DNA of 64,000 nucleotides from a virus: positions 1 to 64,000 of IMG/VR virus record IMGVR_UViG_3300045684_000050; one strand, written 5' to 3'. The position numbers were made by a program, and so were the translations under genes. Positions 1 through 9,073 of the stretch are shown here, piece by piece (within the stretch, counting starts at the first letter, position 1; each line of letters begins with the position of its first letter). The notes beneath the pieces were generated by a model. It did not search any database and had not been told where the DNA came from. It saw only the letters and a program-made list of their open reading frames with translations.

Positions 1-188
1 ATATATTCATAGATGACTGAATATGTAACCAGATATATTCATAGATGACTGAATATGTAACCAGATATATTCATAGATGACTGAATATGTAACCAGATAT
101 ATTCATAGATGACTGAATATGTAACCAGATATATTCATAGATGACTGAATATGTAACCAGATATATTCATAGATGACTGAATATGTAA
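1..188. repeat. Perfect tandem repeat, 32-bp unit ATATATTCATAGATGACTGAATATGTAACCAG, 5 full copies plus a 28-bp partial (may continue left of the window)
   Basis: Units start at 1, 33, 65, 97, 129 and 161 and are identical, with no spacers. Confidence 0.97.
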
Positions 189-306
189 TTGTATATAAAC
201 TTTAACATTTCTAATGCAAGTTAAATTATAATATAACGATAATTATAGTTATCTTTATATTATCATTAACAAGATAGTTTATCCTTTAACAATAACAATA
301 ATAACA
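182..306 (+). promoter_or_regulatory. Early promoter/leader module, copy 1 (TATCTTTA box at 250-257; ACAATAACAA-type leader)
   Basis: Near-identical to 3151-3274 (first 26 bp identical). The box resembles the Bacteroidota -7 element TAnnTTTG and lies directly upstream of ATG 307. Confidence 0.7.
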
Positions 307-675
307 ATGACAAACAACATCACGTACAAAGAGACAACCTCATTACTTGCTGATCATGTAAGAACATTTTTTCCTGATAGTGGATATATCATCATCTTAG
401 CCAGAAGAATTGCACAATTGCAAGGTGATACTTTTGATACTGCATTGCCTGTTAATTGGGTGAATGCTGTCAGAGAATTAGGTATTAATACTAATCAATA
501 TATATGGCTATATAAAGGGAAAAGTTTTAATGGCAAGCCTATGCATGTTTTACAGTATATCAGAATGTATATCGTAGAAGTCAACAATGATATACCATTG
601 ATTGCTGAATCAATTCATTTTATGCAAAAGGAATTTGAATCATATTCTAGATACTTTGAAACCGAATTAGTATAA
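307..675 (+). CDS. Hypothetical early protein (122 aa)
   Basis: ATG ORF after promoter module with A-rich leader. Confidence 0.8.
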   Translation: MTNNITYKETTSLLADHVRTFFPDSGYIIILARRIAQLQGDTFDTALPVNWVNAVRELGINTNQYIWLYKGKSFNGKPMHVLQYIRMYIVEVNNDIPLIAESIHFMQKEFESYSRYFETELV

Positions 676-813
676 ATGGAAAGGCAAGAACTTGAAAACC
701 TAGCTTTAAAATATTGTTGCCCTTGTGTCTATTATGAATTATTGGATTGCATGGAGCAGACAACAGACGAACAATTATTAAACCTAATAACAACTAAAAA
801 CAATGGAAAATAA
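676..813 (+). CDS. Small hypothetical protein (45 aa, MERQELENLALKYCCPCVYYELL...)
   Basis: Not in the ORF track. ATG directly follows the upstream TAA and the stop overlaps the next gene start. Confidence 0.6.
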   Translation: MERQELENLALKYCCPCVYYELLDCMEQTTDEQLLNLITTKNNGK

Positions 814-1282
814 AGTTACACTTGACAACATAATGTATATGATCCCAGAGGGAGAAGTAAACCCGTCTTACTGTCAATTTATAAACCCGTTAAACAATAC
901 AGTTCTGTATTGGAGCGGAATGTCACCTGAAGATGTGGCAAAGGAAAAAGGGTATAAATCATATAAGATAGTAGACTCTTACACATGGGTGAAATTTGCC
1001 AATGATTATTACAAATCTTTAGATACACCATTTCAAAGGATAACCGAAGAAAAATTTTATGATATGTTTGAATGTTTACCCCCTCATTCAATAGTTCATT
1101 TCACTAATGGTTTTCTTTTTAGAATGTCAGAATTTAATACTGGTTACAATACAGGTACATATATAAAACTAACCTTCAAAGGTAAAGATTATTTCTTTAC
1201 AGCTGATAGATCAGCATTTATGACGGAAGAAGATACTATGCTAATGGTTAATAATGAAGTAATACCTAAGTGTAAAGAATAA
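803..1282 (+). CDS. DUF1419-like protein
   Basis: Segment ITEEKFYDMFECLPP...FRMSEFNTG..T.TY resembles the DUF1419 core (recognised by eye). Confidence 0.5.
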   Translation: MENKVTLDNIMYMIPEGEVNPSYCQFINPLNNTVLYWSGMSPEDVAKEKGYKSYKIVDSYTWVKFANDYYKSLDTPFQRITEEKFYDMFECLPPHSIVHFTNGFLFRMSEFNTGYNTGTYIKLTFKGKDYFFTADRSAFMTEEDTMLMVNNEVIPKCKE

Positions 1283-1394
1283 TTGTTTTTTGATTTATAG
1301 GTTGAGGAACCTAAAATTGTTTATCATGAACATCTGTCATAAAAGTATGACAGATGTTCTATTTCTAATTCTTAAACATACAACCACATATATT

Positions 1395-1562
1395 ATGACT
1401 GGTATCAAATTAGAAGATATTGAAACGAAAATTTACAGGCATCACATTATATGTACCTATATAGCTAAAGATGGTTCAATAATAAATGAATTTTATACTT
1501 GTAAACTTCCAGAAGCAAAGAAAGCCTTTCAACATTACATTAATTCAAATAAACTACAATAA
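1395..1562 (+). CDS. Small hypothetical protein (55 aa; likely start ATG 1395 rather than TTG 1290)
   Basis: AACCACATA leader motif immediately precedes ATG 1395. Confidence 0.6.
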   Translation: MTGIKLEDIETKIYRHHIICTYIAKDGSIINEFYTCKLPEAKKAFQHYINSNKLQ

Positions 1563-1565
1563 ACC

Positions 1566-1874
1566 ATGAAGATATTTAAAACTGTTTTAGATGTGACTTT
1601 TTACGTTGGAAAGAACAAAACCGTTATAGATAACCATCTCACCAGAGATACACAAAGGCAAAGACTTTCCAGAATCTATGGAATGATCAGGGCAGTTGGA
1701 GCCAAAAACCTTTCCTACATTGACATAATGACAATTGAAGGACAAACAATAGATAGAATAATGTCATTTCATACTATGTCCTACCATGCAGCCGATGAAT
1801 TGACCATTAAGCAAATCAAATCCATCATCAATACCAAAAATCCACATTGGATTAAATTGGTAGCTAAAAAATAA
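1566..1874 (+). CDS. Hypothetical protein (102 aa)
   Basis: ATG ORF 3 nt after the previous stop. Confidence 0.75.
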   Translation: MKIFKTVLDVTFYVGKNKTVIDNHLTRDTQRQRLSRIYGMIRAVGAKNLSYIDIMTIEGQTIDRIMSFHTMSYHAADELTIKQIKSIINTKNPHWIKLVAKK

Positions 1875-2108
1875 TTATTTAACCACATATAAATGACTGA
1901 CCAATGATTGAAGTATATTTTGAAAACAGAATCATATCTGAAAAGATAGCTACCTTTAAACATGAAAGCATATATATTTCTTGTCTTCCTACACTCAAAG
2001 AAATTGCCACCAGACAGGGAATGATCGTTACAGAAGTAACCGTCAACAAAGAACAGATATTCGCATAAATACCACCTTATCTATATGCCTATATGTTCAT
2101 CTATATAA

Positions 2109-2200
2109 CTACATATATTAATAAATGACTGATCATCTATCTGGATATATTTTCAACGGCTACATATATTAATAGATGACTGATCATCTATATGGATATA
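2109..2200. repeat. Two 41-bp direct repeats (2109-2149, 2160-2200; 2 mismatches) containing ATGACTGA
   Basis: CTACATATATTAATA(A/G)ATGACTGATCATCTAT(C/A)TGGATATA; shares ATGACTGA with the 32-bp array. Confidence 0.85.
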
Positions 2201-2475
2201 CACCCTCCAGAATCCCATTTTTTAAAAACTCATTTCCGACAGGAACCTAAACAAAATCTGCCAGAAATTATATATACCTACATATACAACAACCTCTACA
2301 AGTATATATCCACATAATCTACTACCATAATACCTCAAATTGAATCATATTCACTAAACAACCACTATATCTATATAACCTTCAACTAACTACCAAAATA
2401 TTGTCCTGATATATAGAAGTAGGTATATAATGCTGGATAGGTTTGAATATTTATGGGCGTAAAATAAGAAATAAC

Positions 2476-2982
2476 TATAAAGGTATTTGTTGAGTATGTA
2501 TATAAAGGTATTTGTTGAGTATGTAGGTGTATAAAAGTATTTGTTGAGTATGTATATAAAGGTATTTGTTGAGTATGTAGGTGTATAAAAGTATTTGTTG
2601 AATATGTAGGAGTATAAAGAGTACTGGTTGAGTAATGGTTGAGTATGTAGATGTATAAAGGTACTGGTTGAATATGTAGGAGTATAAAGAGTACTGGTTG
2701 AGTAATGGTTGAGTATGTAGATGTATAAAGGTACTGGTTGAATATGTATGTATATAAAGGTATTTGTTGAATATATAGATGTATAAAGGTACTGGTTGAA
2801 TATGTAGGAGTATAAAGAGTACTGGTTGAGTATGTAGGTGTATAAAAGTATTTGTTGAATATGTAGGAGTATAAAGAGTACTGGTTGAGTATGTAGGTGT
2901 ATAAAAGTATTTGTTGAATATGTAGGAGTATAAAGAGTACTGGTTGAGTAATGGTTGAGTATGTAGATGTATAAAGAGTATT
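2476..2982. repeat. Degenerate tandem array: 16 units of 25-41 bp (mostly 29) plus a partial, consensus TATAAA(G/A)GTA(TTT/CTG)GTTGA(G/A)TATGTAG(G/A)(T/A)G
   Basis: Each unit begins TATAAA. The 41-bp variants carry a GAGTAATGGTT duplication. No unique spacers. Confidence 0.92.
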
Positions 2983-3150
2983 ATGTAAATAGATATTAGA
3001 TAGTGAGTATATCTATTAACATAGGGTTTCATATTTATATGATTGTTGTACTAATCATATAGAGAATTTTGAGACTGGGATATTTGATCCTTCGCCACAA
3101 GATGTAGTATTTATAAGGGTTTCATCTGTTTTAGGATATGATGTGCTAAC

Positions 3151-3274
3151 TATGTAATTGTATATAAACTTTAACACTTCTAATGTAAATTAAATTATAA
3201 AATAAAGATAATTATAGTTATCTTTATAACATCAATAACAAAGGAAGTATTTCTTAACAATAACAATAACAACA
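3151..3274 (+). promoter_or_regulatory. Early promoter/leader module, copy 2 (TATCTTTA at 3219-3226; 11-6-11 inverted repeat at 3201-3228)
   Basis: Direct-repeat partner of 182-306; precedes the RadC-like ATG. Confidence 0.7.
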
Positions 3275-3730
3275 ATGAACAATGTAAATCAAATTGGAGA
3301 ATTAAAGTTACAATACATTCCACTACCATTTAAAGGTGCAAAAGTTTATCAATCTGACATGGTGTATAAATATCTTATAGACAATTGTTATGATAAGATT
3401 GATATTCATTTAACCGAGTCTTTCTATGCTCTATATTTAAACATGAATGGAGACATCGTTGGATGGTACAGAATAAGTAGTGGAGGAATCGCATCATGTG
3501 TAGTTGATATTAGGATGGTATTTCAAAAAGCTTTATTGTGTCCGAAGTGTACAAGTATCATATTGAGCCATAACCACCCATCAAATAATCTAAAGCCTAG
3601 TAATCAAGACAAATCATTGACCACTAAAATTTGCCAAGGTGCAGAAATTTTGCAATTCAAAATATTAGACCACATAATTGTGACGCCAGATAATGGGTAT
3701 TACTCTTTTGCTGATGATGGAATAATCTAA
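3275..3730 (+). CDS. radC: RadC-like JAB-domain protein (UPF0758)
   Basis: JAMM motif SHNHPSNNLKPSNQD, plus GIASCVVDIRMVF and ILDHIIV. Confidence 0.9.
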   Translation: MNNVNQIGELKLQYIPLPFKGAKVYQSDMVYKYLIDNCYDKIDIHLTESFYALYLNMNGDIVGWYRISSGGIASCVVDIRMVFQKALLCPKCTSIILSHNHPSNNLKPSNQDKSLTTKICQGAEILQFKILDHIIVTPDNGYYSFADDGII

Positions 3731-3752
3731 ACATGTATACAGATAGAAACAT

Positions 3753-3790
3753 TAACTAAAATTGCCTTCTTTGTAAGGTAATTTTAGTTA
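3753..3790. terminator. 16-bp stem hairpin between the RadC-like gene and the next gene (terminator or RNA processing site)
   Basis: TAACTAAAATTGCCTT-ctttgt-AAGGTAATTTTAGTTA with one G:T pair; no long T tract. Confidence 0.55.
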
Positions 3791-3824
3791 TCTTAGAGTA
3801 ACAATAACAAAATAACTAATAACG

Positions 3825-4280
3825 ATGAAAGAATTAACAATTAAACAAGTTATATCAATAGCTGACTACATTAGATTTTTTACAGGTCACACATTTTTAG
3901 AAGCTAACATACAGACAGATAAAAAGCTATCTAAATACGAAGCTTTAACAATGTACCAGAGTGCCATGAGTATGATCCATGAATGTTCTACCAGTAAGAC
4001 CTATCTAAGCCTTATGCATGCATTAAAACACCCTGAAGACCTTAAATTTAATTTTGAACTTGGTACACCAGTAGTATTTTTATATGATGGAAAGTATAAA
4101 ACAGGTGAAGTAGGTACTAAGAATGGAGTGCAAGGGATTTATCCTTATCCACATACCTCAATTCCTTCTATTCGTGATCTCTTTATAGTTCCTGAAAATT
4201 GGAGCGATGTAATGACCTTCGCCCAAGCTGATGAAAAAAATTTGATGGTATCAAATACACACATTATTACTAACATATAA
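3825..4280 (+). CDS. Hypothetical protein (151 aa)
   Basis: ATG ORF with TAACAATAACAA leader. Confidence 0.8.
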   Translation: MKELTIKQVISIADYIRFFTGHTFLEANIQTDKKLSKYEALTMYQSAMSMIHECSTSKTYLSLMHALKHPEDLKFNFELGTPVVFLYDGKYKTGEVGTKNGVQGIYPYPHTSIPSIRDLFIVPENWSDVMTFAQADEKNLMVSNTHIITNI

Positions 4281-4290
4281 CCACATAATC

Positions 4291-4539
4291 ATGCTAAAGA
4301 ACACCTTATATATAGTCGCATATACTATTGAAGATTGTGGATTGACAATAGAAACCTTTACTTCTTCATTTTACACAGTAGCAGCAATGGCAGACTTAAT
4401 GGAATCCTTTACTGATTATCAAACGCCAGATAGAACCGACTCACCTAGAGACCTGTTAAATGACTTCAATCAATGGGTGACAGAGAAAAACGACAATGAA
4501 TCTGACCTAGTTATAGCACTAGAAACTATTAACATATAA
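4291..4539 (+). CDS. Hypothetical acidic protein (82 aa)
   Basis: Flanked by identical 23-bp stop-start linkers. Confidence 0.8.
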   Translation: MLKNTLYIVAYTIEDCGLTIETFTSSFYTVAAMADLMESFTDYQTPDRTDSPRDLLNDFNQWVTEKNDNESDLVIALETINI

Positions 4540-4549
4540 CCACATAATC

Positions 4550-5068
4550 ATGACAGATAAACTCAATATCTATTTAGAAGAAATGGAGCAATTCAGAACA
4601 TTTCTGAAATCAAAAGCTTCAGACAGAGCATTAAACCTATTGCACCAGATAGAAGAAAATGCTAAAATAAATGAAGTCAATTTATCCAAAGCAAGTAAAT
4701 GGCCTTTTGTAGAAAAAACACTATGTCTAATAAACTTATTAAGGTCAACAAATTATGACTTCAAATCCATTGACGATTTTAATGCAATGGCTTATCTGGA
4801 TACTCAAAGTATGAAGTATAAGACATATTTGATTGACAACCCTATTTTAACATGGGATTATTCCTTACCTAATCACTCGTCTTGGACATCTTTCGATTTT
4901 GGACAAGTTAAAGCCAGAAACAAAGAGCAAGCAAAAGCCAAAGCAATTGAAATGTTAACAGAAGACTTTAATAAAGTCAATGAAGTCTTAGAATCGGCAG
5001 ATGTAACTCAAGGCTATCAACTGGAATGGAATCCAAATTCTTTAGAAATAACATTAGCTGACATATAA
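4550..5068 (+). CDS. Hypothetical protein (172 aa)
   Basis: ATG lies within the linker repeat. Confidence 0.8.
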   Translation: MTDKLNIYLEEMEQFRTFLKSKASDRALNLLHQIEENAKINEVNLSKASKWPFVEKTLCLINLLRSTNYDFKSIDDFNAMAYLDTQSMKYKTYLIDNPILTWDYSLPNHSSWTSFDFGQVKARNKEQAKAKAIEMLTEDFNKVNEVLESADVTQGYQLEWNPNSLEITLADI

Positions 5069-5079
5069 CCACATAAACA

Positions 5080-5511
5080 ATGACACATAAAGAAATAATT
5101 CAAGAATTTATTAAGACAGTCACAGGCATTGATAAATTGGAACTGCCTAAGATGCCAAATGAAATCAATAAAAACATGGCTGAATATCTCTATAACTTTG
5201 TAGATATTCATTTGATAGAAAATGAATTTGAGCCAGAGCCAGAACCAGAGTATAACATATATAAGGTAAGACGCACTCAAACAACCTACCAAGATATATA
5301 TGTAGCTGTATCTTCAAAAGATCATCTTGACAATTGTCTTGATGATATAGAAATCGACACCAAAGAACATATTGAGTCTACGGACACAGAAATATGTGGC
5401 CATATAGAGCCAAATGAATACTTTTTACCAAAATACTGCGAAGTATTAAAACCTGATGGAAGTATAGAGTATTCCGTATTGACTAAAAATATTAAACTCA
5501 AAAAGGACTAA
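5080..5511 (+). CDS. Hypothetical acidic protein (143 aa)
   Basis: ATG after the third linker copy. Confidence 0.8.
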   Translation: MTHKEIIQEFIKTVTGIDKLELPKMPNEINKNMAEYLYNFVDIHLIENEFEPEPEPEYNIYKVRRTQTTYQDIYVAVSSKDHLDNCLDDIEIDTKEHIESTDTEICGHIEPNEYFLPKYCEVLKPDGSIEYSVLTKNIKLKKD

Positions 5512-5513
5512 TT

Positions 5514-5927
5514 ATGAAAACATATAAGCACACAAATCCTATATTATATGATAATGACTATACCTTCAAAGTTGACGAATCATATTTAGTAGAAGTACCA
5601 CTTGGCCCCAATCATTCCGAAATGGGATACAACGCACAGATATTTTACAAAGGATCATTTTTAGTGACGTGTAGAATCACAGAATCCAGATTATTAAATG
5701 AATACAAACCCATGATTGATATTACCAATAGGTTATTCAGAATCAAATCGAAATGGTGTGACAGTCCAGAAGAAAAACATACTCTATATATAGTGACTGA
5801 AGATAATGGAGATAGATTATTTGCCAAACCATTCGAATCAAAATTATCAATAGTTCCAACATCTTTATTTAAGAGAGACATGATAAATCTTTTACCACCA
5901 ATTGATTTACTAGATAAAACCAAATGA
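5514..5927 (+). CDS. Hypothetical protein (137 aa)
   Basis: Tightly packed ATG ORF. Confidence 0.75.
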   Translation: MKTYKHTNPILYDNDYTFKVDESYLVEVPLGPNHSEMGYNAQIFYKGSFLVTCRITESRLLNEYKPMIDITNRLFRIKSKWCDSPEEKHTLYIVTEDNGDRLFAKPFESKLSIVPTSLFKRDMINLLPPIDLLDKTK

Positions 5928-6223
5928 AAAAATTAAAGAAGCATCATAACTGGAATCAATATTCAGAAAAGGAATTACTGGACATCAATGAGAAAATAAC
6001 AGATGCCATCAATTATAAACGTCGCATCAAAGCTATTGCAATCAAAGCAAAGTTATCTATTGGCCAGACAGTCAAAATTGATGATCTTGAAGATAGAAGA
6101 TTTTTAAATAAAGATTTTGTAATACAATCCATCAAAGAAAATCATGCAATGGTAAGATTGTTTTATGAAGAAAAAGAAACTTTTATTACCTATCGAGTAC
6201 CATTATCTATAATTATACCTTAG
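5924..6223 (+). CDS. Hypothetical protein, possible SH3/KOW-like C-terminal half
   Basis: ATGA overlap with the previous gene; LSIGQTVKI...FVIQSIKENHAMVRL pattern. Confidence 0.65.
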   Translation: MKKLKKHHNWNQYSEKELLDINEKITDAINYKRRIKAIAIKAKLSIGQTVKIDDLEDRRFLNKDFVIQSIKENHAMVRLFYEEKETFITYRVPLSIIIP

Positions 6224-6268
6224 ATTATGTCTCACTATCTATGACAATCCTACCTGAAAATGGGATTT

Positions 6269-6299
6269 GATACCTTTCCTTCTGGAGAGGTATCTTTTT
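6269..6299 (+). terminator. Rho-independent terminator
   Basis: GATACCTTTCC-ttct-GGAGAGGTATC followed by TTTTT. Confidence 0.8.
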
Positions 6300-6324
6300 A
6301 ACAATTATTAAAACACATAAACAT

Positions 6325-6849
6325 ATGGACTTCAACTACCTAATCAAAAAATTTAAAATTGCTTATTCTAAAATGAGGATGGTAGATCATAAGACAGCAC
6401 CTAAGATGATCAAAGATATAATTACATATTCCTTTGAAAGTAAGATTTTGATGGAAACTATTAACTGTCTCTATGACAATTTAGATTTATTAACCTTCAT
6501 AGATAGTAATTCTAAAAGAAATGGCTATACTTCTTTCGTAGTCCTTTACGCTGACATCAATGATGCATACCGCAAAAACTATAATGATAAATATAACGAA
6601 ATGCCTGACTATCCAGTTAAAGATATAGTCAAAAAACTCAATGAACTGAAATTCTATAACCTTATCATAATGAAGGACGACAAAACCCCAAAAGCAATAT
6701 TGTCCAAAGAAAAATTCAAAATATTAGATAAAGTCTATATCCAACAACGAGACCCAGATATAATGATCAATAAAGAAATAGTCAATGACCTATTCGCATT
6801 TTTAAATAAATTCAATATGACAGCACCCGCTTTCTTTACTCATTCTTAA
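6325..6849 (+). CDS. Hypothetical protein (174 aa)
   Basis: ATG ORF with A-rich leader. Confidence 0.75.
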   Translation: MDFNYLIKKFKIAYSKMRMVDHKTAPKMIKDIITYSFESKILMETINCLYDNLDLLTFIDSNSKRNGYTSFVVLYADINDAYRKNYNDKYNEMPDYPVKDIVKKLNELKFYNLIIMKDDKTPKAILSKEKFKILDKVYIQQRDPDIMINKEIVNDLFAFLNKFNMTAPAFFTHS

Positions 6850-6861
6850 TATCCAGGTACA

Positions 6862-6955
6862 TATAAACTTTAACAAAATTATTATCATCTTTTATTATTA
6901 AATGTAGATAACAAAACATATCTTTATATTATTAAATAACAATAACAAATTAACA
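6862..6955 (+). promoter_or_regulatory. Third, more diverged promoter module upstream of the clamp gene (TATAAACTTTAACA ... TATCTTTA at 6919-6926)
   Basis: Shares TATAAACTTTAACA, TATCTTTATA and the AATAACAATAACAA leader with the modules at 182 and 3151. Confidence 0.6.
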
Positions 6956-8323
6956 ATGACAACGACAACAAAATCCACAACTAAGGAAGCAACAGCTACT
7001 AAAGCACCTGTAAAGCCTAAAGCTGAAGTTAAGAAAGCAACAGCTACTAAAGCACCTGTAAAGCCTAAAGCTGAAGTTAAGAAAGCAACAGCTACTAAAG
7101 CACCTGTAAAGCCTAAAGCTGAAGTTAAGGAAGCTGAAGTTAAGAAAGCACCTGTAAAGTCTAAAGCACCTACACATAAGAATGTTGAAAAACCTTATGT
7201 GATCGAGATCAAAAATTCCGTTCTATCTGATCTTATTAAACAGGCAGATGTTAAAGCAAGGAATCCAGTCTTACCTATCTTGGAAGACATCTTATTCCAA
7301 GTGAAAGGCAATGAACTGAAAGCAATGACAACCGATCTTGAATTATCCAAGGTAGTCTCCACAACTTTTTTCAAGAAACAGGATGAAAGAGATTTTAAGG
7401 TTATGTATCCTAAGAGGATAAATTTAAAACCTTTTAGTGACTTACTGACTATATCTTTCCAGATAGTAGAATTGACTAGAGGTGCTGATGTGTCTACCTA
7501 TGTACACGTAAGTGTTACAGATGGAGTGAATACCATCAATATGAAAACAGATGATGCCTTAGATTATCCTATATTGCCAAAACTAGGAACGGAAAAAAGT
7601 GTTGACATCTTACATGGTGAAGACCTGAAAGAACTTAAAAAGCTTATTGCCTATACTTCTGATGATGAACTAAGAGCATCAATGACAGGCATATATTTCA
7701 ATGCCAAAAACAACCGTATTGAAGCTACTGATGCCCACAAGTTAAAATGGTATGACAAACAGATGAAAGGAAGCTTTATATTGCCGTCAGCAACAGCAAA
7801 ACATATTACATCATCATTCAGCCATTCGTGTACTATAAAGCTATATGATAAAAATGTAGTTTGTTCTGACAATGACACAGTTATCGTATCAAAAATAATT
7901 GATGCCAAGTATCCAGAGATACAGGCCGTCATTCCTTCAGAAGACATGTTCACTTCAATTGTATCATTCGACAAAAGTGAAATGGTAAATGCTTTAAATA
8001 TAGCATTGCAGACCGTCAACACAACTACCAATAAAGTTGAATTGGACTTGACTGAAAATTCAATTACCATATCATCAGAAGATATTGATTGTTGCATATC
8101 GTCTTCTATCAAAGTATATGCTAATGTAGGCAAAGGTGAAGCAGCAACAAGAAAAGAGAATCCAGAACCACAATGTATGAGAATAGCTTTCAATGGTAAG
8201 TTCTTACTTAGCATACTGAATGATCTCAATGAAGATGTAGCAGTACTAAAACTTTGTGCAGCTAACAAAGCTACAATAGTAAATGACAGAATATTAATCA
8301 TGCCAATCTTGCTTAGTAAGTAA
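6956..8323 (+). CDS. dnaN: DNA polymerase III beta-type sliding clamp with an N-terminal Lys/Ala/Pro-rich repeat extension
   Basis: Clamp motifs PILEDILF..K.NEL..MTTDLELS, SDDELRASMTGIYF...EATDAHKL, IDAKYPEIQAVIP, IAFNGKFL and C-terminal LIMPILL. Confidence 0.9.
   Translation: MTTTTKSTTKEATATKAPVKPKAEVKKATATKAPVKPKAEVKKATATKAPVKPKAEVKEAEVKKAPVKSKAPTHKNVEKPYVIEIKNSVLSDLIKQADVKARNPVLPILEDILFQVKGNELKAMTTDLELSKVVSTTFFKKQDERDFKVMYPKRINLKPFSDLLTISFQIVELTRGADVSTYVHVSVTDGVNTINMKTDDALDYPILPKLGTEKSVDILHGEDLKELKKLIAYTSDDELRASMTGIYFNAKNNRIEATDAHKLKWYDKQMKGSFILPSATAKHITSSFSHSCTIKLYDKNVVCSDNDTVIVSKIIDAKYPEIQAVIPSEDMFTSIVSFDKSEMVNALNIALQTVNTTTNKVELDLTENSITISSEDIDCCISSSIKVYANVGKGEAATRKENPEPQCMRIAFNGKFLLSILNDLNEDVAVLKLCAANKATIVNDRILIMPILLSK
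6987..7129 (+). repeat. Coding tandem repeat, 48-bp unit x3 (ATATKAPVKPKAEVKK)
   Basis: Units at 6987, 7035 and 7083, followed by partial KAEVKKAPVK copies. Confidence 0.95.
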
Positions 8324-8340
8324 TAGGATTATTGGTTATC

Positions 8341-8377
8341 AAGTCAGTCCTATAGAGATATAGGGCTGACTTTTTTT
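8341..8377 (+). terminator. Rho-independent terminator after the clamp gene
   Basis: AAGTCAGTCCTATA-gaga-TATAGGGCTGACTT followed by a T tract. Confidence 0.9.
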
Positions 8378-8414
8378 CACAAATGCTTTTTATTCACAGA
8401 TTAAAATTAAAATT

Positions 8415-8561
8415 ATGTATCAATGTATGTTTACTACTATTGGTTGTGCTTATTCAAGTAATTACTATGACTTACCTACAAACAATGAAAAAGAGATAAT
8501 AGAAATCATAGAAAGTCAAGGACATGAAGTGTTAGAAGTTTTTGGTATTAAAAAACAATAG
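8415..8561 (+). CDS. Small hypothetical protein (48 aa, MYQCMFTTIGCAYSSNYYDLP...)
   Basis: Not in the ORF track; ATG after an A/T-rich leader; fills the gap. Confidence 0.5.
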   Translation: MYQCMFTTIGCAYSSNYYDLPTNNEKEIIEIIESQGHEVLEVFGIKKQ

Positions 8562-8589
8562 ATGCTATTTTCACTTTAAAATCAATAAA

Positions 8590-9018
8590 ATGGTAGATAA
8601 AGAATATACTCCACACTTAGATCAAATGTCAAATCTTATTATGAAGTACCAGACAGACATGCAGAAAATGACTGATGTAGAAATAATGGAACTTCGGGCA
8701 GAACTATCCATAATTAGATATAGATGTATTGAGGAAGAATTTCCCATATTTGGAACTTACAAAACATCTTCTAAATTAGCTTTCACTAGGACAGAAGGAG
8801 AAATATATAAGAAATGCCTAAGACAGGTAATCCAAGAAGGTTATTCTAAATCACAAGCCAAAGAAATGGCAGGAAAATACTTGAAATGTGACCCAGATTA
8901 TCTTTCAGCAATGGAAGACATGGAGACATGGAAGGACGCTTATTGGCAAATGGATGGACTTATTGATGCTGCCAAAGATATTCTCAATACCATGTCTAAA
9001 AGAAAACCTCATGAATAA
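8590..9018 (+). CDS. Helical hypothetical protein (weak resemblance to UvsY-like recombination mediators)
   Basis: Likely ATG at 8590; coiled-coil character, KYLKCDPDYL. The family call is weak. Confidence 0.6.
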   Translation: MVDKEYTPHLDQMSNLIMKYQTDMQKMTDVEIMELRAELSIIRYRCIEEEFPIFGTYKTSSKLAFTRTEGEIYKKCLRQVIQEGYSKSQAKEMAGKYLKCDPDYLSAMEDMETWKDAYWQMDGLIDAAKDILNTMSKRKPHE

Positions 9019-9073
9019 CAAAAAACCATTATATGTATGATTTGCATTATCTAACCACATAAAAAAATAAAAA

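Noticed and set aside
1-2982. CRISPR interpretation of the arrays at 1-188 and 2476-2982
   Set aside because: Units are contiguous with no unique spacers, and there are no cas genes.
2475-3032. 185-aa minus-strand ORF
   Set aside because: It is a translation of the non-coding tandem array (low-complexity Y/I/L/H/T repeats).
6950-8301. Minus-strand ORFs 6950..7177 and 7651..8301
   Set aside because: Antisense shadows of the clamp gene and its repeat.
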